The notes beneath the pieces were generated by a model. The model was not told where the DNA came from, searched no databases, and worked only from the letters and a program-made list of their open reading frames with translations. Shown here piece by piece: positions 25,328 through 37,826 of a stretch of 64,000 nt of DNA. Source of the stretch: Christensenellaceae bacterium (GTDB lineage: Bacteria; Bacillota; Clostridia; Christensenellales; Borkfalkiaceae); the NCBI GenBank assembly GCA_045586765.1, contig JAZNAX010000029.1:6012-70011 (forward strand), in the 5' to 3' direction. How positions within the stretch are numbered: the stretch's first letter is position 1; every line of letters starts with the position of its first letter. Position numbers and translations under genes: made by a program.

Positions 25328-28300
25328 ATGACACGAATTTTACCTGAAATTGAATGTGGCAAGGTTAAAAGAAGAACTTTTAGCAAAATTAAAGAAGCAA
25401 TCGAACTTCCTTATCTTGTCAAAATTCAAAAAGACTCTTATGACGCTTTTATTAAAGATGGCATAGGCGAGGTCTTAGAAGATTTTTCACCAATCACAGA
25501 CTATTCTGACCACTTTGAACTCTATTTCTTAGATTACAACCTTGATGGTAAGCCAAAGTACGATGAAAAAGAGTGCAGGGATAGAGATGCTACTTACGCT
25601 CGCCCACTTAAAGTTAAAGTTAGACTTGTTAATAAGGTGACTGATGAAGTTATCGACCAAGAAGTTTTCATGGGCGATTTCCCACTTATGACAGACAACG
25701 GCTCGTTTATTATCAACGGTGCTGAAAGAGTTATCGTTTCTCAACTCGTTCGTTCTCCAGGCGTTTATAACGGCTCTGAAATGGACAAGTCTGGTAGACG
25801 CCTTTTCGACACTACTGTTATCCCTTCAAGGGGTGCTTGGCTTGAGTTTGAACAAGATTCACAAAACGTTTTGTGGGTGCATGTTGATAGAACGAGAAAA
25901 CTTACTGCTACAGTTCTTTTAAGGGCTTTAGGTTTTGGTAGCGATGATGCCCTAAACGAACTCTTTGAAGGCAACAAGATGATTTTAGATACTGCTGAAA
26001 AGGATACTTCTAAATCTGAAAGCGATGGCCTTATCGAGTTATATCGCCGTTTGCGTCCAGGTGAAATACCAACAGAAGAGGCAGTTAAGCAACATCTTAA
26101 AAACTTGTTCTTCGATGCAAGAAGATATGACCTTGCAAGAGTTGGTAGATATAAATTTAACAGAAGATTAAGGCTCGGCGCAAGAATCGTTGGCTTAGTT
26201 AGTGCAGACGACATCATTACAAGTGATGGCGAAGTTTTGGCTACAAAAGGTCAAAAGATTTCAAAGCCTATTGCAGAACAAATCCAAAACGCTGGTATTA
26301 GCACTTTCGTTGCTGATGTTAATGGCGAAAGACATAAAATCATTTCTAACAACGTTGTAAACTACAAAGAAGTTACAGGACTTAACCCAGACTGCTTTGG
26401 TTTATTAAAGTACGTTTATTTCCCAACCCTAGAATTTTCTAAGGTTGTATATCAAACTGCAAAAGAAAACGGCGTTGAAAAAACTGCTGAAATCTTAAAA
26501 GAGCAAATCAACGCAATGTTCTATCTTGAAGAAAAGCAAATTCCAAGTGGGGAAGAAAAGCCAGAAGACAAGAAGAACGAAGAAAAGGCACTTGAAATTA
26601 GAACTAAGTTCATCAATGCTTGTCTTTGCTATTATGATATTATCGAAAGTGGAGTTGTTCCAGAAAGATTAGATGCTGAAACAAGAAAGACAATCCGTCC
26701 ACTTGTTGAAAAATTAAATCATAAACACATCACTGTTGATGATATCGTTGCTTCAGTTTCTGTAAACTTAGACTTAGCATTTGATATCAACACAGTTGAC
26801 AATATCGACCACTTAGGTAACCGTCGTGTTCGTTCAGTTGGCGAATTACTTCAAAACCAATTTAGAATCGGTATTGCAAGACTTGAAAGAGTTATCAAAG
26901 AAAGAATGGCAACTCAAGACCCTAAAGATGTTTCACCACAAGGTTTAATCAACGTGCGTCCTGTAAGTTCTGCTATTAAGGAATTCTTTGGTTCATCACA
27001 ATTATCACAATTTATGGACCAAACAAACCCAATCGCTGAACTCACACACAAGAGAAAACTTTCTGCTCTCGGCCCTGGTGGTTTGAATAGAGATAGAGCA
27101 ACATTTGACGTTCGTGACGTTCACCACTCTCATTATGGTAGAATGTGTCCTATCGAAACACCTGAAGGACAAAACATCGGTCTTATCTCATCACTCGCTG
27201 CTTATGCTAAGGTAAACGAATTCGGCTTTATCGAATCACCTTATAGAAAGGTTGAGCACGTGCTTGATGAAAATGGCAATATGCAAACTATCGTTACAGA
27301 ACAAGTTGAATACTTGACTGCTGACGAAGAAGATAACTACATCGTTGCACAAGCAAACGAACCACTTATCGATAACAAATACTTCGCTAATGACCGTGTT
27401 TCATGCAGACACAGAGATGAAATTACCGAAGATGTTAAAGAAAAGATGGATTATATGGATGTTTCACCAAAACAACTTATATCTGTCGCAACAGCACTTA
27501 TTCCGTTCTTAGAAAACGACGATACCAACCGTGCACTCATGGGCTCTAACATGCAACGTCAAGCCGTTCCACTACTTTGCCCAGAAAATGCTATAGTTGC
27601 AACCGGTATTGAAAGAAGAATCGCATACGACTCAGGCGTTATGGTAAACGCAGCCAACGCCGGTGTTGTTGAAAGCGTTGCAAGTGACCTTATCGTTATT
27701 AAGGAAGATGACGGAAACTTAAGACAATATACACTCAAGAAATTTGAGCGTTCTAACCAAGGAACTTGCCTAAATCAAAGACCAATCGTTGATAAGGGCG
27801 AAAGAATTGAAAAAGGACAAACTATCGCAGACGGCCCATCAACTAAAAACGGCGAACTTGCGCTCGGTCGTAACATCTTAGTCGGCTTTATGAGTTGGGA
27901 AGGTTATAACTACGAAGATGCTATCTTGCTTTCAGAAAAACTCGTTCGTGAAGACGTGTTTACAACAATTCACATCGAAGAACACGAAATCGAAGCGAGA
28001 GATACTCGTCTTGGTGAAGAAGAAATTACAAGAGATATTCCAAACGTTGGCGAAGATGCACTTAAAGACTTAGATGAAAACGGTATCGTTAGAATCGGTG
28101 CAGAAGTTAACAGTGGCGATATTCTCGTTGGTAAGGTTACACCTAAGGGCGAAACCGAACTCACACCAGAAGAAAGACTATTAAGAGCAATCTTTGGTGA
28201 AAAGGCAAGAGAAGTTAGAGATACATCTCTAAAAGTTCCACATGGTGAAGGTGGTATCGTTGTAGACGTTAAAATCTTTACTCGTGCAAATAAAGATGAA

Positions 28301-29335
28301 TTATCTCCAGGTGTAAACAAACTCGTTAGAGTATATATCGCTCAAAAGAGAAAGATTAGCATCGGTGACAAGATGGCTGGTCGTCACGGAAACAAGGGTG
28401 TTATCTCAAGGATTTTACCAGAATCAGATATGCCATTTATGGCTGATGGCACACCACTTCAAATCGTACTTAACCCACTCGGCGTTCCATCTCGTATGAA
28501 CATCGGTCAAGTTCTTGAAGTGCACTTAGGTTTAGTATGTAAACAACTCGGCTGGAAGATTGCAACACCTGTATTCGATGGTGCAACTGAAAGCGATATT
28601 AGAGAATTATTAAAAGAAAACAATATAGTTAACCCAGACGGCGAAGTTGATGGTAAGATTCAACTTTACGATGGTAGAACGGGCGAACCATTTGAAAACA
28701 GAGTTACTGTTGGTCAAATGTATATGATTAAGCTTATCCACTTAGTTGACGATAAGATTCACGCACGTTCAACAGGTCCATACAGCCTTGTTACACAACA
28801 ACCTTTAGGTGGTAAGGCACAATTCGGTGGACAACGTTTCGGTGAAATGGAAATTTGGGCGCTTGAAGCATACGGCGCAGCGCACATCTTGCAAGAAATC
28901 TTAACCGTTAAGTCTGACGATATCGTTGGTAGGGTTAAGACATACGAATCAATCGTTAAAGGAACAAATATCAGCGAACCTGGTATCCCAGAAGCATTTA
29001 AGGTATTATTAAAAGAATTGCAAAGTTTGGCACTCGATATGAAAGTGCTCACAGAAAACAAAGAAGAACTTGCGCTTAAAGACCTTATCGAAGGGGATAT
29101 CGATGATATGCCTTATGTTCGTGAAAAAGATACTCGTGAAGAAGTTGAACTTGATGAAATCGAAGGCGATATTCCTGAAACAATCTTCGAAGATAGCGAA
29201 TCTGTTGAAATTGATGATGAATTTAATTTCACTAAAGATATGTTTGAAGATGACGATGATGAAATAGACACAACAATTCCAGATGATGATATGTTCGACG
29301 ATGATGAAGAACTTGAATTTGAGGATGAGGAATAA
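25328..29335 (+). CDS. rpoB: DNA-directed RNA polymerase subunit beta
   Basis: 1335 aa with conserved RpoB blocks throughout. ATG 25328 behind AAGGAG is preferred over the ORF-track start 25226. The C-terminal tail is acidic. Confidence 0.97.
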   Translation: MTRILPEIECGKVKRRTFSKIKEAIELPYLVKIQKDSYDAFIKDGIGEVLEDFSPITDYSDHFELYFLDYNLDGKPKYDEKECRDRDATYARPLKVKVRLVNKVTDEVIDQEVFMGDFPLMTDNGSFIINGAERVIVSQLVRSPGVYNGSEMDKSGRRLFDTTVIPSRGAWLEFEQDSQNVLWVHVDRTRKLTATVLLRALGFGSDDALNELFEGNKMILDTAEKDTSKSESDGLIELYRRLRPGEIPTEEAVKQHLKNLFFDARRYDLARVGRYKFNRRLRLGARIVGLVSADDIITSDGEVLATKGQKISKPIAEQIQNAGISTFVADVNGERHKIISNNVVNYKEVTGLNPDCFGLLKYVYFPTLEFSKVVYQTAKENGVEKTAEILKEQINAMFYLEEKQIPSGEEKPEDKKNEEKALEIRTKFINACLCYYDIIESGVVPERLDAETRKTIRPLVEKLNHKHITVDDIVASVSVNLDLAFDINTVDNIDHLGNRRVRSVGELLQNQFRIGIARLERVIKERMATQDPKDVSPQGLINVRPVSSAIKEFFGSSQLSQFMDQTNPIAELTHKRKLSALGPGGLNRDRATFDVRDVHHSHYGRMCPIETPEGQNIGLISSLAAYAKVNEFGFIESPYRKVEHVLDENGNMQTIVTEQVEYLTADEEDNYIVAQANEPLIDNKYFANDRVSCRHRDEITEDVKEKMDYMDVSPKQLISVATALIPFLENDDTNRALMGSNMQRQAVPLLCPENAIVATGIERRIAYDSGVMVNAANAGVVESVASDLIVIKEDDGNLRQYTLKKFERSNQGTCLNQRPIVDKGERIEKGQTIADGPSTKNGELALGRNILVGFMSWEGYNYEDAILLSEKLVREDVFTTIHIEEHEIEARDTRLGEEEITRDIPNVGEDALKDLDENGIVRIGAEVNSGDILVGKVTPKGETELTPEERLLRAIFGEKAREVRDTSLKVPHGEGGIVVDVKIFTRANKDELSPGVNKLVRVYIAQKRKISIGDKMAGRHGNKGVISRILPESDMPFMADGTPLQIVLNPLGVPSRMNIGQVLEVHLGLVCKQLGWKIATPVFDGATESDIRELLKENNIVNPDGEVDGKIQLYDGRTGEPFENRVTVGQMYMIKLIHLVDDKIHARSTGPYSLVTQQPLGGKAQFGGQRFGEMEIWALEAYGAAHILQEILTVKSDDIVGRVKTYESIVKGTNISEPGIPEAFKVLLKELQSLALDMKVLTENKEELALKDLIEGDIDDMPYVREKDTREEVELDEIEGDIPETIFEDSESVEIDDEFNFTKDMFEDDDDEIDTTIPDDDMFDDDEELEFEDEE

Positions 29336-29354
29336 TAAAGGGGGATAGAGTAAT

Positions 29355-32300
29355 ATGTTTGAACTTAACAATTTTGATTCTATACAAATAGGAGTAGCTT
29401 CTCCCGAAAAAATTAGAGAATGGTCTTATGGCGAAGTAACAAAGCCAGAAACTATCAACTATAGAACACAAAAACCAGAAATGGGTGGACTATTTTGCGA
29501 AAGAATCTTTGGACCTACAAAGGACTGGGAATGTCACTGTGGTAAATATAAACGCATTAGATATAAAGGCGTTATTTGCGACAAGTGTGGCGTTGAAATC
29601 ACAAAGTCTAAAGTTCGCCGTGATAGATTAGGTCACATCGAACTTGCAGCACCTGTTTCACACATTTGGTATTTCAAGGGCGTTCCATCAAGAATAGGTC
29701 TTATGCTCGATATGAGCCCTAAGGCTTTGGAACAAGTTTTATACTTTGCTTGCCACGTGGTTTTAGACCCAGGTACAACACCACTAACATACAAGCAAGT
29801 TATTAACGACAGAGAAAAACTTGAAATGGAAGAACAATACGGCTATAATTCTTTCAAAACAGGTATGGGTGCAGAAGCCATTAAAGAACTTTTGATGGCT
29901 ATCGACCTTGAAAAAGAAAGCGCTGAAACAAAGAAAGAAATTGCTGAAAACGCTTCTGGTCAAAAGAGAATTAGAGCAGTTAAAAGGATAGAAATTATCG
30001 AATCATTTAGAAAGAGTGGCAATCGCCCAGAATGGATGATTTTAGACGTTCTTCCTGTAATCCCACCAGAACTTCGCCCAATGGTGCAACTCGATGGTGG
30101 TAGATTCGCAACGAGTGACTTAAACGACTTATATAGAAGGGTTATCAACAGAAATAACCGTTTGAAAAAGTTAATGGAACTTGGCGCTCCTGAAATCATT
30201 ATTAGAAACGAAAAGCGTATGCTTCAAGAAGCAGTTGACGCTCTCATAGACAATGGTCGTCGTGGCAAAGCTATTAGTGGCGCTGGCAACCGTGAATTAA
30301 AATCACTTTCTGGTATGCTTCGTGGTAAGCAAGGTCGTTTCCGTCAAAACCTTCTCGGTAAGCGTGTTGACTACTCAGGCCGTTCAGTTATCGTTGTAGG
30401 ACCAGAACTTAAACTTTATCAATGTGGTTTGCCAAAAGAAATGGCTATTGAACTTTTCAAGCCTTTCGTTATGAAAAAACTCGTTGAAACTAACGTTTGC
30501 CACAACATTAAAAACGCAAAACGTACAGTAGAGCGTGGTAAGGCAGTAGTTTGGGATGTTTTAGAAGAAGTTATCAAAGACCACCCAGTTATGCTCAACC
30601 GTGCGCCTACACTTCACAGATTATCAATCCAAGCATTTGAACCTGTTCTTATCGAAGGTAGAGCAATCAAGCTTCACCCACTCGTTTGTGGCGCATTCAA
30701 CGCCGACTTCGACGGTGACCAAATGGCTGTTCACGTTCCACTTTCAGTTGAAGCACAAGCAGAAGCAAGGTTTTTGATGCTTGCATCAAACAATATCTTA
30801 AAACTTTCTGACGGTAAGCCTGTTATGTCACCATCACAAGACATGGTTATGGGTGCATACTACTTGACTATCTTAAGAAAGAAAATCGGTGAAAAGTATA
30901 ACGAAAAGGGTAGACCTGATGAAAACGGCACAGTTTATGGCGTTCCAGAATATACCGTTTCTTATGCATCACCAGAAGAAGCACAAATGGCTTATCAAAC
31001 AGGTAAGATTGGGCTTCAAGACGAAATCTATGTTCGTAGACAAGTGGAAATTGATGGCGAAGTAATCACAGGCAGAGTTAAGACATCTGTTGGTAAGATT
31101 ATCTTCAACGAAGCAATCCCACAAAACTTAGGCTTTGTTCAAAGAAAGACTAAAGAAGATTACCTTAAATATGAAATCGACAAGTTGACAGGTAAAAAAG
31201 ACCTTCAAAAGATTGTCGGTGCTTGCTTTAAGCGTCATGGCGCAAGTTGTGCTGCTGACGTTCTTGACAAGGTTAAGGCTCTCGGATTTAAATATTCAAC
31301 AATCGGTGCTATTACAACTAGCGTATTCGATATGCACATGCCAAAAGATAAGGCTGTTATCCTTGGCGAAGCAGAAGAACACGTATTAAAGATTGAAAAC
31401 CTTTATAAGAAAGGCTTTATCACTGATGATGAAAGATATAAAAAGGTTGTTAACATTTGGAAACAAGCAACAGAAGATGTTACAGATAAACTTATGGATT
31501 CACTCGATGAATTCAACCCAATCTTGATGATGGCTAACTCTGGTGCCCGTGGTTCTAAAGACCAAATTAAACAACTTGCTGGTATGCGTGGTCTTATGAC
31601 CGATACTAATGGTAAAACTATCGAAATTCCTGTTAAGTCATGCTTTAGGGAAGGTCTTTCAGTTTTGGAATACTTCATTTCATCACACGGTGGTCGTAAA
31701 GGTCTTGCCGATACAGCGCTTAAAACTGCCGACTCTGGTTACTTAACTCGTCGTTTGGTTGACGTTTCTCAAGAAGTAATCATTAAAGAAGACGACTGTT
31801 TCGCAAGCACAGGCGATGCTGTTAAGGGTGTTGTCGTTAGTGCAATTAAGGGCTCTAAGGGCGAAATTATCGAAGGTCTCCGTGATAGAATCGCAGGTAG
31901 ATTTACTGTTAAAGATATCATAAACCCAACAAACGGCGAAGTTATGGTTAAAGCTAACGAAATGATTGATGAAGATATGGCTGATGAAATCGTTAAAGTT
32001 GGCATTGAACAAGTAGAAATTAGAAGTATATTCACTTGTAAGTCAAAGACTGGCGTTTGTGCTAAGTGTTATGGTAAGAACATGTCAAACAACAATCCTG
32101 TTCAAATTGGTGAAGCAGTTGGTATTATCGCTGCTCAATCAATCGGTGAACCAGGTACACAGCTCACCATGAGAACATTCCACACCGGTGGTATTGCAAG
32201 TACAGGCGATATTACACAAGGTCTTCCAAGAGTTGAAGAATTATTCGAAGCTCGTAGACCAAAACACGCTGCAATCGTTTGCGAACACAGTGGAACGGTT

Positions 32301-32960
32301 GAAATTGAAGAAAAAGATAAGATTATTCACGTTATCGTTAAGCCAGATGATGGTTCTAAGAGCGAAGATTATACAATTCCTTTCGGAACAGGCGTTATCG
32401 TTAAGACGGGTGATAGAGTTGAACCAGGTTCAGTTTTAACAAATGGTTCAGTATATCCACAAGACATTTTGAAGACAAAGGGTATCAAGGGCGTACAAGA
32501 CTATATCCTTAAAGAAATTCAAAGTGTTTACCGTTCACAAGGCGTTGACATCAACGATAAGCACGTAGAAATCATCGTTCGTCAAATGATGAAGAAAGTT
32601 CAAGTTGAAAACCCAGGTGGAGCAGATATTCTCCCAGGCGAAAAACTTGACGTTCATAGGTTTGAAGAAGAAACAATCAATGCTCTTGAAAATGGTCTTG
32701 AACCACCACAAGGTAAGAGAATTCTTCTTGGTATCACAAAGGCTGCACTCGCAAAAGAAAGCTTCCTTTCTGCAGCATCATTCCAAGAAACAGCAAGAGT
32801 ATTAACAGAAGCCGCAATCAAGAATAAGATTGACCCACTTGTAGGCTTAAAAGAAAACGTAATTATCGGTAAACTTATTCCAGCAGGTACAGGAATTAAG
32901 AATTACAAAAACGTGTCACCACAAACAGTAATTCAAAGACCTGTGCAAGATGTAGAATAA
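29355..32960 (+). CDS. rpoC: DNA-directed RNA polymerase subunit beta'
   Basis: 1201 aa. Zn-binding [22 protein letters not shown] and the catalytic NADFDGDQM. Confidence 0.97.
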   Translation: MFELNNFDSIQIGVASPEKIREWSYGEVTKPETINYRTQKPEMGGLFCERIFGPTKDWECHCGKYKRIRYKGVICDKCGVEITKSKVRRDRLGHIELAAPVSHIWYFKGVPSRIGLMLDMSPKALEQVLYFACHVVLDPGTTPLTYKQVINDREKLEMEEQYGYNSFKTGMGAEAIKELLMAIDLEKESAETKKEIAENASGQKRIRAVKRIEIIESFRKSGNRPEWMILDVLPVIPPELRPMVQLDGGRFATSDLNDLYRRVINRNNRLKKLMELGAPEIIIRNEKRMLQEAVDALIDNGRRGKAISGAGNRELKSLSGMLRGKQGRFRQNLLGKRVDYSGRSVIVVGPELKLYQCGLPKEMAIELFKPFVMKKLVETNVCHNIKNAKRTVERGKAVVWDVLEEVIKDHPVMLNRAPTLHRLSIQAFEPVLIEGRAIKLHPLVCGAFNADFDGDQMAVHVPLSVEAQAEARFLMLASNNILKLSDGKPVMSPSQDMVMGAYYLTILRKKIGEKYNEKGRPDENGTVYGVPEYTVSYASPEEAQMAYQTGKIGLQDEIYVRRQVEIDGEVITGRVKTSVGKIIFNEAIPQNLGFVQRKTKEDYLKYEIDKLTGKKDLQKIVGACFKRHGASCAADVLDKVKALGFKYSTIGAITTSVFDMHMPKDKAVILGEAEEHVLKIENLYKKGFITDDERYKKVVNIWKQATEDVTDKLMDSLDEFNPILMMANSGARGSKDQIKQLAGMRGLMTDTNGKTIEIPVKSCFREGLSVLEYFISSHGGRKGLADTALKTADSGYLTRRLVDVSQEVIIKEDDCFASTGDAVKGVVVSAIKGSKGEIIEGLRDRIAGRFTVKDIINPTNGEVMVKANEMIDEDMADEIVKVGIEQVEIRSIFTCKSKTGVCAKCYGKNMSNNNPVQIGEAVGIIAAQSIGEPGTQLTMRTFHTGGIASTGDITQGLPRVEELFEARRPKHAAIVCEHSGTVEIEEKDKIIHVIVKPDDGSKSEDYTIPFGTGVIVKTGDRVEPGSVLTNGSVYPQDILKTKGIKGVQDYILKEIQSVYRSQGVDINDKHVEIIVRQMMKKVQVENPGGADILPGEKLDVHRFEEETINALENGLEPPQGKRILLGITKAALAKESFLSAASFQETARVLTEAAIKNKIDPLVGLKENVIIGKLIPAGTGIKNYKNVSPQTVIQRPVQDVE

Positions 32961-33014
32961 TAGATAATTATTAAGGTTTTCAAATAAAAAAGCCAAGAAA
33001 ATGGTACATTTTAT

Positions 33015-33043
33015 TTGACTAAACCGACAATAAATGGTAAAAT
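33015..33043 (+). promoter_or_regulatory. sigma-A promoter TTGACT-17-TGgTAAAAT upstream of rpsL
   Basis: TTGACT 33015-33020 and TAAAAT 33038-33043, with an extended -10 TG. The 5' UTR holds two hairpins: CAGTGGGC...GCCCACTG and AAACGGA...TCCGTTT. Confidence 0.6.
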
Positions 33044-33157
33044 AATAATTCAGTGGGCAAAATAAAAACGCCCACTGAAAAAAGCAAAATTTGTTTCATA
33101 AACGGAAGTTTCCGAATCCGTTTTCTGAATATCCGAAATAATTTAAGGAGGTGCGAT

Positions 33158-33529
33158 ATGCCAACAATTCAACAGTTAATCAGACAAGGTAGAAAGAACA
33201 TTACTTACAAGTCAAAGTCACCAGCTCTCGACGAATGTCCACAAAAGCGTGGTGTTTGTTTGTCAGTAACAACAACAACTCCAAAGAAGCCTAACTCAGC
33301 GCTTCGTAAGATTGCTCGTGTTCGTTTGACTAATAAAGCTGAAGGTATTGTTTATATCCCAGGTGAAGGCCACAACCTTCAAGAACACAGCTCTGTTCTT
33401 ATCCGTGGTGGAAGGGTTAAAGACTTACCAGGTGTAAGATACCACATTATCCGTGGCGCTCTTGACACAGCAGGCGTTGCAAAGCGTCGTCAAGCAAGGT
33501 CAAAATACGGCGCAAAGAGACCTAAATAA
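33158..33529 (+). CDS. rpsL: 30S ribosomal protein S12
   Basis: [13 protein letters not shown]...KKPNSALRK...; 123 aa. ATG 33158 sits behind AAGGAGG, and the ORF-track start 33053 lies in the leader. Confidence 0.97.
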   Translation: MPTIQQLIRQGRKNITYKSKSPALDECPQKRGVCLSVTTTTPKKPNSALRKIARVRLTNKAEGIVYIPGEGHNLQEHSSVLIRGGRVKDLPGVRYHIIRGALDTAGVAKRRQARSKYGAKRPK

Positions 33530-33741
33530 GTAAAAAACAAATAAAGAAAAAACTTATTTAATTTAAGACACCTACTTATAATCGGAATTCGGAAAATTAG
33601 CCCGATTTGGTAGGCAGTATGTCGAAAGACAGAAGGTTCGCTACCTTAAATTTGATAAGGCAAGCGATAGCTGTACTAAACTAAGGGTTTACCCTTAAAG
33701 GCACTAAGAAAAGTGCAAAAAATTTAAAGGAGGATTTAATT
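33530..33741 (+). promoter_or_regulatory. 212-nt structured rpsL-rpsG intercistronic spacer (candidate r-protein regulatory leader)
   Basis: Five consecutive hairpins visible by eye: CCTAC/GTAGG enclosing ATCGG/CCGAT, TGTC-GAAA-GACA, CGCTACCTT/AAGGCAAGCG, TAAGGG-TTTA-CCCTTA and GCACT/AGTGC. Confidence 0.45.
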
Positions 33742-34212
33742 ATGCCAAGAAGAGGCAATATTGCAAAAAGAGATGTTTTGCCAGACCCAATGTATAATGA
33801 TAAGGTTGTAACAAAACTTATCAACCAAGTTATGCTTGATGGTAAAAAGGGCATTGCACAAGGCATTGTTTATGAAGCATTTGAAGTGGCTGCTGAAAAA
33901 GTAGGCCAAGACGCAAGGGAAATGTTTGCTCAAGCGCTTAACAACATTATGCCTTTAGTAGAAGTAAAAGCAAGGAGAGTTGGTGGTGCTAACTATCAAG
34001 TTCCAATCGAAATCCGTGCTGAAAGAAGACAAACACTTGCAATCAGATGGTTGGTTGCAGCAGCAAGAAAGAGAGGCGAAAGAGAAATGGCTTCTAGACT
34101 TGCAGCAGAACTCGTAGACGCTTTCAACAACACAGGTAGTGCTGTTAAGAAGAAAGAAGATACACATAGAATGGCTGAAGCAAACAAGGCTTTTGCACAT
34201 TATAGATTCTAA
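33742..34212 (+). CDS. rpsG: 30S ribosomal protein S7
   Basis: [19 protein letters not shown]...; 156 aa. Confidence 0.97.
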   Translation: MPRRGNIAKRDVLPDPMYNDKVVTKLINQVMLDGKKGIAQGIVYEAFEVAAEKVGQDAREMFAQALNNIMPLVEVKARRVGGANYQVPIEIRAERRQTLAIRWLVAAARKRGEREMASRLAAELVDAFNNTGSAVKKKEDTHRMAEANKAFAHYRF

Positions 34213-34227
34213 TTTTGGAGAACAAAT

Positions 34228-36297
34228 ATGGCAAGAGATTTTGATTTAGGTGTGACAAGAAATATAGGTATTATGGCGCACATCGATGCTGGTAAAACAA
34301 CAACTACTGAAAGAATTTTGTTTTACACAAGTAAGACACATAAGCTCGGCGAAACCCACGAAGGTGGCGCTACTATGGACTGGATGGTTCAAGAACAAGA
34401 GCGTGGTATTACAATCACAAGTGCTGCTACAACATGCTATTGGAAAAATCACCGTATAAATATTATTGATACCCCTGGCCACGTTGACTTTACTGTAGAA
34501 GTTGAAAGGTCACTCCGTATTCTTGACGGCGCAGTTGCAACATTCTGTGCTAAGGGTGGCGTTGAACCTCAAAGTGAAACTGTTTGGAGACAAGCAGATA
34601 AGTATAAAGTTCCAAGAATCGCTTATGTAAATAAGATGGATATCAACGGCGCTAACTATGATAACGCTATCAAAATGATGAAGGAAAGACTTCATACAAA
34701 TGCTCTTCCAATCATCCTTCCTATCGGTAAAGAAGATACATTTAAGGGTATCGTTGATGTAATCACAAGAAAAGCATATATTTATCTTGATGATTTAGGA
34801 AGAGAAATCAGCGTTGAAGACGTTCCAAGTGATATGGCAGACTTAGTTGAAGAAGCAAGAGCACAAGTTGTTGAAATTGCTGCTGAATCTGATGATGCAT
34901 TGATGGAAAAATATTTTGAAGAAGGCGACCTTCCTGTTGAAGAAATTAAAAAGGGCTTACGTGCTGCAACTCTCGCTATGAAAGTTACACCAGTTCTTTG
35001 TGGTTCTTCATACAGAAACAAGGGTGTTCAAAACCTTCTCGACGCTATCGTTGATTACTTACCAAGCCCACTTGACGTTGGTGCTGTAAGTGGTGTTAAC
35101 GATAAGGGCGAAGAATTAAAGAGAGAACCAAAAGACGACGAAGCGTTCAGTGGTCTTGCATTTAAGATTATGACAGACCCATTCGTTGGTAAACTTGCTT
35201 TCTTCCGTGCTTACTCTGGTGTGCTTAAGACAGGTTCTTATGTATATAACAGTGTTAAGGGCAAAAAGGAAAGAGTTGCTCGTATTCTTAGAATGCACGC
35301 TAACCACAGAGAAGAAGTTGATGCAGTTTACTCAGGTGAAATTTGTGCGTTAGTAGGTTTAAAAGATACAACAACAGGTGATACTTTGTGTGATGAAAGC
35401 AAACCAATCATCCTAGAACAAATGGAATTCCCAGACCCAGTTATCCAAGTTGCTATCGAACCAAAAACAAAACAAGGTCAAGAAAAGATGGGCTTTGCAC
35501 TTGCAAAACTTGCAGAAGAAGACCCAACATTCAAGACATATACAGATGGCGAAACAGGTCAAACAATCATCGCTGGTATGGGCGAACTTCACCTTGAAAT
35601 TATCGTAGATAGACTCTTAAGAGAATTCAGAGTAGAAGCAAACGTTGGTAAGCCACAAGTTTCTTATAAGGAAACAATTAGACAAGCAGTTGAAGCAGAA
35701 GGTATGTTCAAGCGTCAATCTGGTGGTCACGGTCAATATGGTCACTGTAAGATTCGTCTTGAACCACAAGAAGCAGGCAAGGGCTATGAATTCGTTGATG
35801 AAACAGTTGGTGGTTCTATTCCTAAGGAATTTATCCAACCTATCAACAAGGGTATTATGGAAGCATCTAAGAACGGTATCTTAGCTGGCTACGAAGTAGT
35901 TGACTTTAAGGTTACAGTTTACGATGGTAGCTACCACGATGTTGACTCATCAGAAATGGCGTTTAAGATTGCTGGTTCTATGGCTCTTAAAGATGGCTTA
36001 GCAAAAGCTAAGAGTGTTCTTCTTGAACCTGTTATGAAGGTTGAAATCGTAACACCAGATGACTACTTTGGTGACCTTATGGGTAACGTTACTGCTCGTC
36101 GTGGTATTATCCAAGGTACTGATGATAGAAATGGCGTTAAGGTTATCGATGCACATATCCCACTAGCAGAAATGTTCGGTTATGCAACAGACCTTCGTTC
36201 AAGAACACAAGGTAGAGGCAACTACACAATGCAATTCTCTCACTATGCAGAAGTTCCAAAGTCAGTTGCTGAAAAGATTATGGGTAAAAAAGCATAA
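34228..36297 (+). CDS. fusA: translation elongation factor G
   Basis: 689 aa. [20 protein letters not shown] and NKMD GTPase motifs. Confidence 0.97.
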   Translation: MARDFDLGVTRNIGIMAHIDAGKTTTTERILFYTSKTHKLGETHEGGATMDWMVQEQERGITITSAATTCYWKNHRINIIDTPGHVDFTVEVERSLRILDGAVATFCAKGGVEPQSETVWRQADKYKVPRIAYVNKMDINGANYDNAIKMMKERLHTNALPIILPIGKEDTFKGIVDVITRKAYIYLDDLGREISVEDVPSDMADLVEEARAQVVEIAAESDDALMEKYFEEGDLPVEEIKKGLRAATLAMKVTPVLCGSSYRNKGVQNLLDAIVDYLPSPLDVGAVSGVNDKGEELKREPKDDEAFSGLAFKIMTDPFVGKLAFFRAYSGVLKTGSYVYNSVKGKKERVARILRMHANHREEVDAVYSGEICALVGLKDTTTGDTLCDESKPIILEQMEFPDPVIQVAIEPKTKQGQEKMGFALAKLAEEDPTFKTYTDGETGQTIIAGMGELHLEIIVDRLLREFRVEANVGKPQVSYKETIRQAVEAEGMFKRQSGGHGQYGHCKIRLEPQEAGKGYEFVDETVGGSIPKEFIQPINKGIMEASKNGILAGYEVVDFKVTVYDGSYHDVDSSEMAFKIAGSMALKDGLAKAKSVLLEPVMKVEIVTPDDYFGDLMGNVTARRGIIQGTDDRNGVKVIDAHIPLAEMFGYATDLRSRTQGRGNYTMQFSHYAEVPKSVAEKIMGKKA

Positions 36298-36304
36298 TTA
36301 ACTG

Positions 36305-36333
36305 TTGACAATTATATAAAATTATTGTAAAAT
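36305..36333 (+). promoter_or_regulatory. internal sigma-A promoter TTGACA-17-TGTAAAAT for tuf
   Basis: TTGACA 36305-36310 and TAAAAT 36328-36333, with a TG extension. Confidence 0.6.
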
Positions 36334-36425
36334 AGAATTATACTTAGGTAAAAACCCTAAAAACTAATAAAAAACAAATAAAAATTAAAAAAATATAATT
36401 ATTGAAAAATTTGGAGGAAACCAAA

Positions 36426-37643
36426 ATGGCAAAGGCTAAATTCGAAAGAAACAAACCGCACATTAACATTGGTACTATCGGCCACGTTGACCACGGCAAA
36501 ACAACTCTTACTGCTGCTATCACTATGACAATGGCTGCTAAGGGTCAAGCTAAGAAAATGAAATACGATGAAATCGATAAGGCACCAGAAGAAAAGGCAA
36601 GAGGTATTACAATTAATACTTCACACGTAGAATATGAAACAGACAACCGTCACTATGCACACGTTGACTGTCCAGGCCACGCAGACTATGTAAAGAACAT
36701 GATTACAGGTGCTGCTCAAATGGACGGTGCTATCCTCGTTGTTGCTGCAACTGATGGTCCAATGCCACAAACAAGAGAACACATCCTTCTTGCTCGTCAA
36801 GTAGGCGTTCCTTACATTGTAGTATTTATGAACAAATGTGACCAACTCGACGACCCAGAACTTTTGGAACTCGTTGAAATGGAAATCAGAGAACTTCTCT
36901 CTGAATATGGCTTCCCAGGCGATGATACACCAATCATCAAGGGTTCAGCTTTAAAAGCTCTTGAATGCGCTCAAGCTAACGAAGGCGACGCTGTTACAAA
37001 CGCTGCTGAAACACAATGCATTAAAGAACTTATGGACGCTGTTGACTCTTATATCCCAGCTCCAGAAAGAGACGATGCTAAACCATTCTTACTTCCTGTA
37101 GAAGACGTATTCACAATCTCTGGTCGTGGTACAGTTGCTACTGGTAGAGTAGAAAGAGGTGTTGCACACGTTAACGACCCAGCTGAAATCGTTGGTTTAC
37201 AAGAAGAATCAAGAAACACAGTTATCACAGGTCTTGAAATGTTCAGAAAACTTCTTGACGAAGCTCAAGCAGGTGACAACGTTGGTGCTCTTCTTCGTGG
37301 TATCGACAAGAAAGATATCGAACGTGGTCAAGTTATTGCTAAACCAGGCACAGTTAAACCACACACAGCTTTCGAAGGTCAAGTGTATATCTTAACTAAA
37401 GAAGAAGGTGGCCGTCATACTCCATTCTTCAACAACTATCGTCCACAATTCTATTTCAGAACAACAGACGTTACAGGTTCAATCAAATTACCTGAAGGTG
37501 TTGAAATGGTTATGCCAGGCGACAACATCAAAATGGACGTTGAACTTATCACACCTATCGCTATGGAAGAAGGTTTAAGATTCGCTATCCGTGAAGGTGG
37601 CAGAACTGTAGGTTCAGGCGTTGTTTCTAAAATCGTTAAGTAA
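36426..37643 (+). CDS. tuf: translation elongation factor Tu
   Basis: [27 protein letters not shown]...; 405 aa. ATG 36426 sits behind GGAGGAAA, and the ORF-track TTG 36402 is rejected. Confidence 0.97.
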   Translation: MAKAKFERNKPHINIGTIGHVDHGKTTLTAAITMTMAAKGQAKKMKYDEIDKAPEEKARGITINTSHVEYETDNRHYAHVDCPGHADYVKNMITGAAQMDGAILVVAATDGPMPQTREHILLARQVGVPYIVVFMNKCDQLDDPELLELVEMEIRELLSEYGFPGDDTPIIKGSALKALECAQANEGDAVTNAAETQCIKELMDAVDSYIPAPERDDAKPFLLPVEDVFTISGRGTVATGRVERGVAHVNDPAEIVGLQEESRNTVITGLEMFRKLLDEAQAGDNVGALLRGIDKKDIERGQVIAKPGTVKPHTAFEGQVYILTKEEGGRHTPFFNNYRPQFYFRTTDVTGSIKLPEGVEMVMPGDNIKMDVELITPIAMEEGLRFAIREGGRTVGSGVVSKIVK

Positions 37644-37674
37644 TTAACCCTTTTAAGAATAAAACCAAATAATT

Positions 37675-37711
37675 AAAGGTGCAGAAAATTCTGCACCTTT
37701 TCTATTTTTTT
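37675..37711 (+). terminator. rho-independent terminator after tuf
   Basis: AAAGGTGCAGAAA-att-CTGCACCTTTT followed by CTATTTTTTT. Confidence 0.85.
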
Positions 37712-37723
37712 GTTGATAATAAT

Positions 37724-37754
37724 CGTCACGCTAAAGAAAGGTGTGGCGTTTTTT
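37724..37754 (+). terminator. second, weaker terminator-like hairpin
   Basis: CGTCAC...GTGGCG (one G-U pair) followed by T6. Confidence 0.35.
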
Positions 37755-37768
37755 ATTTTAAAAGCACA

Positions 37769-37797
37769 TTGACAATTTTTTGCTATTATTATATAAT
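37769..37797 (+). promoter_or_regulatory. perfect consensus sigma-A promoter TTGACA-17-TATAAT for the orphan/LemA cassette
   Basis: TTGACA 37769-37774 and TATAAT 37792-37797. Confidence 0.8.
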
Positions 37798-37826
37798 GTA
37801 TATATAAAAGAGTTTGGGGTTTTACT

